32,000 bases of DNA from Coprobacillaceae bacterium. Its GTDB lineage: Bacteria > Bacillota_I > Bacilli_A > Erysipelotrichales > Coprobacillaceae. Position 1 is the first letter of the stretch. Every line of letters begins with the position of its first letter. Below the pieces are notes generated by a model. The model did no database searches. It worked only from the letters and a program-made list of their open reading frames with translations, and had not been told where the DNA came from. Of this stretch, positions 25,477-32,000 are shown one piece after another. The position numbers were made by a program, and so were the translations under genes. The stretch is taken from contig OY780959.1 of the NCBI GenBank assembly GCA_963675915.1, forward strand, positions 1,620,001 to 1,652,000, given 5' to 3'.

Positions 25477-26662
25477 TGTAGTTTCCTTTGGTCAGTTCAC
25501 CGAGGATTTGCACGCCTTTGACAATCTCCTCATTGGTAGGTTTAGAGAAATTCATTCTAAATGAATTACATGGTTTGGTATCATCATCAAGGAAAGCGTT
25601 TCCTGGTACTACAGCTACCTTTTGGGCCAGTGCCGCTTTGACGAAATCCTGCATGTTAAGACGTTCAGGCAAAGTAACCCAGACAAACATTCCCCCTTCA
25701 ATATCAGTCCATTTGACATCGGAAGCGAAGGTTTCTTTCATCGTATCGAGCATCAATTGCGCTTTTTCCTCATAGATTTTAGAAATCTTTTCAATGTGTT
25801 CATCCATATCAGTAGTAGCCAAAAACTCAGCCATCATCGCTTGAGCCCAGGCATTGGTATGAACATCGGTACTTTGTTTGGCAACAACTACTTTGCCAAG
25901 GACATCCTGACGTCCGACCATTGCTGCAATCCGCATTCCCGGTGCGATTATTTTCGAGAATGAAGCCGCATAAATGACATGATCAGTAGTATCCAATGAC
26001 TTGATTGAATCGACAGCTACACCTTTGAAGCGGATTTCTCCATATGGATTGTCTTCAAGAATCAAGACATCGTATTTGATCGCCAGCTCCAGGATGGCTT
26101 TTCTTTTTGCCAATGAAGTGGTAATCCCGGTTGGATTCTGGAAATTCGGAATCAGATAGATCAGTTTTACCCTTTCAGTTGTTTTCAAAGCTTCTTCAAG
26201 TTCTTCAAGGTTAAGTCCATCATCTTCCATGGTAACCCCTTTGATTGTCGCTCCATTTACTTTAAAGGCATTCAACGCCCCCAAAAATGATGGATTTTCA
26301 CTGATGACCACATCTCCGTCATCAATCAGCGCCCGCGCCAACAAATCCATTACCTGTTGCGATCCCGATGTGATCATCAACCCGTCGCTTTCAAGAATGT
26401 TGGTGCAGTCACGGTTAAGGAATTTCTTAACTTCTTCCTTAAGTTTCAAATCACCTTCGGTGATCCCGTATTCAAGAATCTTCAATGGATCCTGTTCAAA
26501 CAACTTGTTTGAGATATCTTTGAGTTTTTCAATCGGGAAACTTTCGCTAGCCGGGTTCCCGCCCCCAAAAGAGATCATGCTTGGATCACTCATCAATTTT
26601 AAAATTTCACGTATTGCCGATGCTTTGGCATTGTTAATTCGATATGAAAATATATTTTCCAT
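25469..26662 (-). CDS. PLP-dependent aminotransferase, class I/II
   Basis: The PLP-Lys lies in SFSKIIAPGMRIA, and NPTG is present. ATG at 26660-26662 (MENIFSYRI...) with GGGGGA 7 nt upstream is preferred over 26686. Confidence 0.88.
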   Translation of the reverse strand: MENIFSYRINNAKASAIREILKLMSDPSMISFGGGNPASESFPIEKLKDISNKLFEQDPLKILEYGITEGDLKLKEEVKKFLNRDCTNILESDGLMITSGSQQVMDLLARALIDDGDVVISENPSFLGALNAFKVNGATIKGVTMEDDGLNLEELEEALKTTERVKLIYLIPNFQNPTGITTSLAKRKAILELAIKYDVLILEDNPYGEIRFKGVAVDSIKSLDTTDHVIYAASFSKIIAPGMRIAAMVGRQDVLGKVVVAKQSTDVHTNAWAQAMMAEFLATTDMDEHIEKISKIYEEKAQLMLDTMKETFASDVKWTDIEGGMFVWVTLPERLNMQDFVKAALAQKVAVVPGNAFLDDDTKPCNSFRMNFSKPTNEEIVKGVQILGELTKGNYND

Positions 26663-26713
26663 GGTTATATCCCCCTTGAAAATCATTATACACTTTTGCC
26701 GTCACAATTCCAT

Positions 26714-26744
26714 TAAAAAAAGGATTAAAATCAATTAATCCTTT
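26714..26744 (-). terminator. Terminator after the anchored hypothetical protein gene
   Basis: 10-bp stem AAAGGATTAA / TTAATCCTTT with a T run on the minus strand. Confidence 0.65.
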
Positions 26745-26762
26745 CTGCTTTTAAGCCACTTA

Positions 26763-27365
26763 TTACCAGTTCAGCATTGACAAATATCTATCCGGATCAA
26801 CCACAGTATCGCGATAAACATCAAAGTCGACCATTTTCTCTTTGCGGCCATCCATCGACTTGATGTAAAGGGAATTATAGTCGGTTTCCAGGATGACCTG
26901 TTGTTTTAAGAGCTTGAGGTACCCATTGGAGATATGGTAGGTGGTTTCGCCCTCGTTTTCAACAGCAACCACATCTCCATACAAAGCCAAAATATAAGCC
27001 TCATGAGTGGCACTGTCCTCAACCATTATGAAATCAGAACTGTCCTGATCGGGTCCGGTCAGCTTAACCACTTTGGAAAATTCCGCTTTTTCAAGTTGAT
27101 ATCCGGAAAATTCCCAACCCTTATCAATTGTCTCGAGCACTTCAAAGTAATAATCACTTGACTGGTCGTCCTCATACAGTCCCATAAAATCAAGTTTCAA
27201 AAGTTCGTCTTCCACCACGACAGTCAGATTACCGCCATAATCGCCAAACGCATATCCCGGATCATCAGATGAATTTGTCAACCGGTTGATCGCAATGAAA
27301 ACACCGACCACAGCCAACAACCCCACAAAGAATATCAAAATTTTCGCCTTTACGTTTAATTTCAT
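26763..27365 (-). CDS. Hypothetical N-terminally anchored, acidic extracytoplasmic protein
   Basis: 200 aa. Single N-terminal TM/signal anchor (ILIFFVGLLAVVGVFIAI). No motif that I recognise. Confidence 0.6.
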   Translation of the reverse strand: MKLNVKAKILIFFVGLLAVVGVFIAINRLTNSSDDPGYAFGDYGGNLTVVVEDELLKLDFMGLYEDDQSSDYYFEVLETIDKGWEFSGYQLEKAEFSKVVKLTGPDQDSSDFIMVEDSATHEAYILALYGDVVAVENEGETTYHISNGYLKLLKQQVILETDYNSLYIKSMDGRKEKMVDFDVYRDTVVDPDRYLSMLNW

Positions 27366-27412
27366 GACTTTACCCCCATTAAGATGATTTTATCACATAA
27401 TCAAATCCCGAA

Positions 27413-27436
27413 AAACAAAAAAGAGCCCGAGGGCTC
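27413..27436 (-). terminator. trxA terminator
   Basis: GAGCCC-TC-GGGCTC palindrome followed by a T run on the minus strand. Confidence 0.75.
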
Positions 27437-27441
27437 AAATA

Positions 27442-27747
27442 TTATAAGTATTTGTTCAAACGGTTTTGGATATCACCTTTTCCAGTGAATCCTGTGATTT
27501 GATCAACAGCTTTCCCGTCTTTGAAAATCACCATATTCGGAATCGCTTGTACACCGTAACGTCCTGCCAATGTTTGTTCAACATCTACATCAACTTTGTA
27601 GAATTTAACATTAGGCATTTCAGATGATAATCCTTCGAGCACTGGGCTCAACATTTTACATGGTCCACACCAGTTAGCGAAAAAGTCTACCAATACAACT
27701 CCGCTTTTAATTGCTTCATCAAATTTTTGGGCATTAATAATTTCCAT
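27442..27747 (-). CDS. trxA: Thioredoxin
   Basis: 101 aa. WCGPC active site. RBS AAGGAG. Confidence 0.95.
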   Translation of the reverse strand: MEIINAQKFDEAIKSGVVLVDFFANWCGPCKMLSPVLEGLSSEMPNVKFYKVDVDVEQTLAGRYGVQAIPNMVIFKDGKAVDQITGFTGKGDIQNRLNKYL

Positions 27748-27777
27748 AAATAAGTTCTCCTTTTGTTTTATATCAAC

Positions 27778-27806
27778 ATTTTACCATATCATTGTTTCAC
27801 TGCCAA
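27778..27806 (-). promoter_or_regulatory. trxA promoter
   Basis: On the minus strand: TTGGCA (complement 27801-27806), 17-nt spacer, TGG-extended TAAAAT (complement 27778-27783). Confidence 0.55.
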
Positions 27807-28040
27807 TTAATATGCAACATCGAAAGCTATCGATGTGTGGGCCGGAATCATTATCCCTGGCTCAATATAAGCATACTCTTATATACCGGTAAATGCAAGA
27901 AATTTGCTTGCTGCTGTGGCCAACCTCATGTAAGTGGTTTCTTCCTGTTTTTGGGCGTTTTAGCCAAAGAATGAGAACATAAGTATTGCTTTTTGAAATA
28001 TATTTGTTATCATTATTATGTTATATATAGGAGGAATTGT

Positions 28041-28898
28041 ATGAGCAAAATTGCAATAGTTACCGATAGTAATTCTGGAATAACTCAAGCACAAGCCGCC
28101 GAGTTCGGAGTCTTTGTCTTGCCGATGCCTTTTACCATTAACGGTACTCCCTTCTATGAAGACATCAATTTAACTCAAGATGAGTTTTATGAAAAATTAA
28201 TGAATAATGCTGAAGTATTCACATCACAGCCTAGCGCAGGTGAGGTAACCAAACTGTGGGACAAGATTCTGGAAGATTATGACGAGATCGTCCATATCCC
28301 AATGTCCAGCGGTTTGTCTGGTTCGTACCAGACCGCAACTTTGCTTGCTCAGGAATATGACGGAAAAGTCCAAGTTGTCAATTCTTCAAGAGTATCCCTC
28401 GCTCAAAAATGGGATGCCCTGGAAGCTGTCGAACTGGCCAAATCCGGAAAAAACGCCCAAGAGATCAAGGAAGTCCTTGAAGGAGATTCGCGCAATCACA
28501 CGATTTTCATCACCGTGAACACCCTGGAATATCTTTCCAAAGGTGGCCGAATCACCCCGGCGGCAGCACTACTTGGCAACATGTTGAAAATCAAACCGAT
28601 TTTACAACTGGGAATTGGGAAACTGGATACCTATTCAAAAACCCGAACCCTGAAAAAAGGTGCCAAAATCATGAAAGAGGCAGTTAGAGATATTATCAAT
28701 GAACAATACGGTTCGGATATCTCCAAAGTCCACATCGACGTTGCTTATACCTACGATCGCGAGCTCGCCCTTCAAGCCAAAGAAGATTTGCTTGAAGAAT
28801 TCGGTCTCGATGACATGTTCGTCGATCCCCTTTCACTCAGTGTTTCCTGTCATATCGGACCCCATGCTCTGGCAATCTGTGTATGCAATAAGCTTTAA
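28041..28898 (+). CDS. degV: DegV-family fatty-acid-binding protein
   Basis: The protein begins MSKIAIVTDSNSG; SQPS and GGRI motifs are present. ATG at 28041 with AGGAGG upstream is preferred over the TTG at 27993. Confidence 0.9.
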   Translation: MSKIAIVTDSNSGITQAQAAEFGVFVLPMPFTINGTPFYEDINLTQDEFYEKLMNNAEVFTSQPSAGEVTKLWDKILEDYDEIVHIPMSSGLSGSYQTATLLAQEYDGKVQVVNSSRVSLAQKWDALEAVELAKSGKNAQEIKEVLEGDSRNHTIFITVNTLEYLSKGGRITPAAALLGNMLKIKPILQLGIGKLDTYSKTRTLKKGAKIMKEAVRDIINEQYGSDISKVHIDVAYTYDRELALQAKEDLLEEFGLDDMFVDPLSLSVSCHIGPHALAICVCNKL

Positions 28899-28918
28899 TA
28901 AGACAAAAGGAGATTAAA

Positions 28919-30817
28919 ATGGAAAACAAGCCATCAAATAATACAGGTGGCCAAAAAACTAAAAGAACAAACAAGAAACCGACAAATTCGACAAACAGGA
29001 ATGCGAAACCTGCCAAAAAAAGCGCAGCTAAAACCAAAAACGATAACAACACGAAAAAAGATAACAGCACAAAAAACGTTCGTAATCAATCAAAGAACGT
29101 TGCGAAAAAAAGCCCTAGAAAAGGACGCCGTCCCAACCAACGCAATAAAGCGCCACGCAGCGTGGACACTAAAATATTTGCACTTGGAGGACTTCATGAA
29201 GTTGGTAAGAACATGTACTGTGTCGAACATGACAATGAACTGTTCATTATCGATGCCGGAGTCAAATTCGCTGGGGATACCCTGCCAGGAATCGATTATG
29301 TGATTCCTGATTATGCCTATCTACGATCAAACGAAAAGAAAATCCGCGGTCTGATCATTACCCATGGTCATGAAGACCATATCGGAGGAATCCCTTTTCT
29401 GCTGAAGGATATCAAGATTCCATTTATCTACGCAACTCCTCTGGCAGCGGCCATGATTCGCCGCAAACTGGAAGAAAAGCGCCTGCTAAATGCATCAAAG
29501 ATAATAATTATTGATAGTGACTATGTTATCAAATCAAAATACTTCAATATCGGATTCTTCAAGACCAATCACTCGATTCCTGAGAGTCAGGGGATTGTCC
29601 TGAATACACCGAATGGAAGAATTGTCGAAACCGGAGATTTCAAATTCGACCTTTCACCTGTCGGAGATCCAGCGGATTTCCAAAAAATGTCATTTTTAGG
29701 TGAAACCGGGGTCGATCTGTTATTATCGGACTCGACCAACGCCGAAGTCGAATCGTTTTCAAGCAGCGAGAAGGAAGTAGCTCGCGCCGTACGCGATGAA
29801 TTCAGAAAAACTGAAGGACGTCTGATTGTGGCGACATTCGCCTCAAACGTCCATCGTGTCCAACAAATTGTCGAAGCAGCGGTCAAATTCAACCGCAAAA
29901 TTTTAGTTTATGGTCGTTCAATGGAAAACAATATACAAGTTTCCCGCAAATTGGGGTATATCAAAGCCCCTGATAATTTCTTTATCAAAGGCAACAAGGC
30001 CAAAAACCTGCCTGATAATGAAATCCTGATTCTTTGTACCGGTTCACAAGGAGAAGCCCTGGCTGCTCTTTCAAGAATCGCCCAAGGAACTCATCGTAAT
30101 GTAAAAATCAAACCTGGAGACACGGTTATTTTCTCGTCAAGTCCGATCCCAGGAAATGCCTATAGTATCAATCAGGTTGTCAACAAATTGTTCCGGGCTG
30201 GTGCCAAAGTATTGACCAACACCCCGTACAACAACCTTCACACTTCCGGACATGCGTCACAGGAAGAACAAAAACTGATGCTGTTGCTGCTTAAACCTAA
30301 ATATTTCATGCCAATGCATGGTGAGTTCAAAATGCTCAAAACCCACGCGAAGTTAGCGCATGATGTCGGTATGGCCGAAGAAAACACCTTTGTGTTGGCT
30401 AACGGAGATACTTTACTTTTAAACAACCACCAAGTTACGGTTGGTCAAAGAATCCAAGCCGATGACATCTTTGTCGACGGAAATGATTCTTCAGGACTTT
30501 CAACCGCGGTTTTACGTGACCGGACAATCCTTTCCGAAGACGGGATGGTTTCAGTCCTGATTGCCATGGATTCCCACAGCGGTCAGCTGCTTAAAAAACC
30601 GGTCCTGATTTCACGAGGATTCATCTACATGAAGGAAAGCTATGAGATGCTTAAAGAAGCCGAATACCTGGTCAACAAAGCACTTAAGAAAGAACTGGCT
30701 AAAAAGACCACTTTCGGAAACATCAAGAATGTCGCTCGCGAAACCCTGTCTTCTTATTTCTACAAAAAAACCCAACGTAATCCGATGATTATTCCGGTTA
30801 TCATGAACAAGAAATAA
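28919..30817 (+). CDS. rnj: Ribonuclease J with a basic low-complexity N-terminal extension
   Basis: 632 aa. Metallo-beta-lactamase HGHEDHIGG and beta-CASP domains. Canonical RNase J starts near IFALGGLHEVGKNMY (residue ~86). RBS AAAGGAG. Confidence 0.93.
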   Translation: MENKPSNNTGGQKTKRTNKKPTNSTNRNAKPAKKSAAKTKNDNNTKKDNSTKNVRNQSKNVAKKSPRKGRRPNQRNKAPRSVDTKIFALGGLHEVGKNMYCVEHDNELFIIDAGVKFAGDTLPGIDYVIPDYAYLRSNEKKIRGLIITHGHEDHIGGIPFLLKDIKIPFIYATPLAAAMIRRKLEEKRLLNASKIIIIDSDYVIKSKYFNIGFFKTNHSIPESQGIVLNTPNGRIVETGDFKFDLSPVGDPADFQKMSFLGETGVDLLLSDSTNAEVESFSSSEKEVARAVRDEFRKTEGRLIVATFASNVHRVQQIVEAAVKFNRKILVYGRSMENNIQVSRKLGYIKAPDNFFIKGNKAKNLPDNEILILCTGSQGEALAALSRIAQGTHRNVKIKPGDTVIFSSSPIPGNAYSINQVVNKLFRAGAKVLTNTPYNNLHTSGHASQEEQKLMLLLLKPKYFMPMHGEFKMLKTHAKLAHDVGMAEENTFVLANGDTLLLNNHQVTVGQRIQADDIFVDGNDSSGLSTAVLRDRTILSEDGMVSVLIAMDSHSGQLLKKPVLISRGFIYMKESYEMLKEAEYLVNKALKKELAKKTTFGNIKNVARETLSSYFYKKTQRNPMIIPVIMNKK

Positions 30818-30819
30818 TT

Positions 30820-31686
30820 ATGGCAGCCAAACAACGTCGACGCTTCAAGTTACGTCAGTTCATCGTAATCACCCTGATTTTTGGTTTGATTCTTTCAGTT
30901 GCCTATGGCTATTTCATCGCCCCCGACAATGTTTATCTCAACCGGATCGATTTCAAATCGACCGCAGTCAGCGATACATTCAACGGATTTGAAATAACCC
31001 TGCTTTCGGATCTTAATCTCACTGATAGCGAAGATGTCGAAAACCTGGAAACCCAGGTGGCCAAAATAAACGCGCAGGAGACCGAGATGGTGCTTTTCGA
31101 CGGCGATTTGTACGAGGGCGCCATCTTCGATGAAGAGACCGTCATCTCGATTCTGACCAATCTGAAAACCAGTTATGGAAAATTTGCCGTTTTAGGCGAC
31201 AAGGATATCCCTAACCGGTCAAGCATTATCGCCTTGTTGAACAAGGCTGGTTTCGAAGTTCTGCAAAACGAAGCCAGAAAGATTTACTACCTGGATGACT
31301 GTTTCACTCTTTATGGCATCGATCCTTCCGGAACTCTTGAAGGCGTAGCGAACCAGGAAGAGGAACTTTCAATAACCCTGGCCCATGAGCCGGACAGTTT
31401 TGCAACCAACCAGGCAATGACTAACCTGCAGCTTTCAGGCCACACCAATGGCGGATATATCCATATTCCCTTTTTACGAGGTCTGATCAAAAAAGCCAAC
31501 GGTGAATTATATACTTACGGCACTTATGTTGAAGGTGCTTCAACCCTGATTATCTCAAACGGCTATGATGAGGAATCAAGTTTCCAATTCAAATATCTGT
31601 GCAATAACCACATCGATATCATCACTTTGAAGCATCAAAACCCAGTCGCATCAACCAGTGAAATCGACCCGGAAGATGCCGGCTGA
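30820..31686 (+). CDS. Membrane-anchored YkuE/YaeI-like metallophosphoesterase homologue with degenerate active-site motifs
   Basis: 288 aa. N-terminal TM helix. Motif series is LLSDLNL, FDGDLY, VLGDKD, LAHEPD, LSGHTNGG, versus the canonical DxH, GD, GNHD, H, GHxH. Confidence 0.8.
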   Translation: MAAKQRRRFKLRQFIVITLIFGLILSVAYGYFIAPDNVYLNRIDFKSTAVSDTFNGFEITLLSDLNLTDSEDVENLETQVAKINAQETEMVLFDGDLYEGAIFDEETVISILTNLKTSYGKFAVLGDKDIPNRSSIIALLNKAGFEVLQNEARKIYYLDDCFTLYGIDPSGTLEGVANQEEELSITLAHEPDSFATNQAMTNLQLSGHTNGGYIHIPFLRGLIKKANGELYTYGTYVEGASTLIISNGYDEESSFQFKYLCNNHIDIITLKHQNPVASTSEIDPEDAG

Positions 31687-31713
31687 AACCACAAAATTTA
31701 AGATTATTTTCAA

Positions 31714-31738
31714 AATCTCCTAGCATTTCTAGGAGATT
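31714..31738 (+). terminator. Hairpin after the phosphoesterase-like gene (weak T tract)
   Basis: Perfect 10-bp stem AATCTCCTAG-CATTT-CTAGGAGATT, followed by ccctatttt. Confidence 0.45.
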
Positions 31739-31780
31739 CCCTATTTTACAGGGGTATTTGTAAGAAAATCCAAAATTATA

Positions 31781-31809
31781 TTGATTTATTTGAGAATTTT
31801 TTATAAAAT
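31781..31809 (+). promoter_or_regulatory. argG promoter
   Basis: TTGATT, 17-nt spacer, TAAAAT. Confidence 0.5.
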
Positions 31810-31838
31810 GGATACAAATTATAAGGAGGTCGCAATAA

Positions 31839-32000
31839 GTGAAAGACAAAGTTATTTTAGCTTATTCTGGGGGACTGGATACTACAACAATCATCCCTTG
31901 GTTAAAAGAAAATTACGATTATGACGTCGTATGTTGTTGTATTGACGTCGGTCAAGAAGAAGAATTAGATGGTTTAGAAGAACGCGCTAAACTTTCAGGG
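31839..32000 (+). CDS. argG: Argininosuccinate synthase, N-terminal 54 codons (runs off the window)
   Basis: GTG start 9 nt after AAGGAGG. Translation [39 protein letters not shown] contains the [11 protein letters not shown]-binding motif. Confidence 0.88.
   Translation, partial: MKDKVILAYSGGLDTTTIIPWLKENYDYDVVCCCIDVGQEEELDGLEERAKLSG

Noticed and set aside
27792-27974. 60-aa Cys-rich ORF (…CKKFACCCGQPH…) as a possible small secreted or bacteriocin-like peptide
   Set aside because: It has a TTG start with no Shine-Dalgarno sequence, rare codons (cgg, cga) and no leader or processing motif. The region is treated instead as a possible RNA element in the findings.
28947-29303. 118-aa alternative-frame ORF inside the 5' end of rnj
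   Set aside because: It lies in the A-rich low-complexity region, where all frames stay open. It has no RBS, and the rnj frame continues into conserved domains.
31760-31838. Possible ArgR/AhrC operator (ARG box) upstream of argG
   Set aside because: There is only loose A/T-rich resemblance (TGAGAATTTTTTATAAAA) to the TGAAT-N4-ATTCA consensus, and no clear palindrome.

Overview
AT-rich chromosomal segment from a low-GC Gram-positive bacterium (Bacillota-like gene order and strong GGAGG ribosome-binding sites), mostly housekeeping genes on the minus strand. Left to right: 3'-truncated glutathione peroxidase, tRNA-Arg(UCU), ysnB-like phosphoesterase, murI, uvrC, mutS2, cvpA. These are followed by a divergent RNase HIII-like gene, a rhodanese lipoprotein, comEB-rluD-lspA, and a P-type Ca-ATPase. 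Next come an 86-aa ParB/Srx-like ORF, murE, a histidine phosphatase, a CHAD protein and bifunctional gshF. Then a soluble GAF hybrid histidine kinase, an IS30-like insertion sequence, two identical tandem tRNA-His genes, and a MIF-like tautomerase. The right end holds a cold-shock protein, a FeoB-associated Cys-rich peptide, two HAD hydrolases, an aminotransferase, an anchored hypothetical protein, trxA, degV, RNase J, a metallophosphoesterase homologue and the 5' end of argG. I see no CRISPR array, no recognisable defence, toxin-antitoxin or prophage module, and no rRNA. I cannot point to a clear multi-gene novel system. The unusual content is a set of separate oddities. (1) The histidine kinase has Thr where the phospho-acceptor His should be. 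(2) The metallophosphoesterase next to RNase J has three metal or catalytic residues substituted. (3) RNase J has a very basic ~85-aa N-terminal extension. (4) The IS30-like element carries a Cys-rich transposase insert and repeated TTCCAC motifs, and sits 12 bp from the tRNA-His promoter. (5) A minimal ParB-like ORF is wedged between murE and the Ca-ATPase. (6) The RNase HIII homologue is shortened and appears to lack one catalytic Asp. (7) gshF appears co-transcribed with a CHAD protein. (8) Two G+C-richer, hairpin-rich intergenic islands are unassigned. All calls rest on reading the translations and motifs by eye; no database search was possible.
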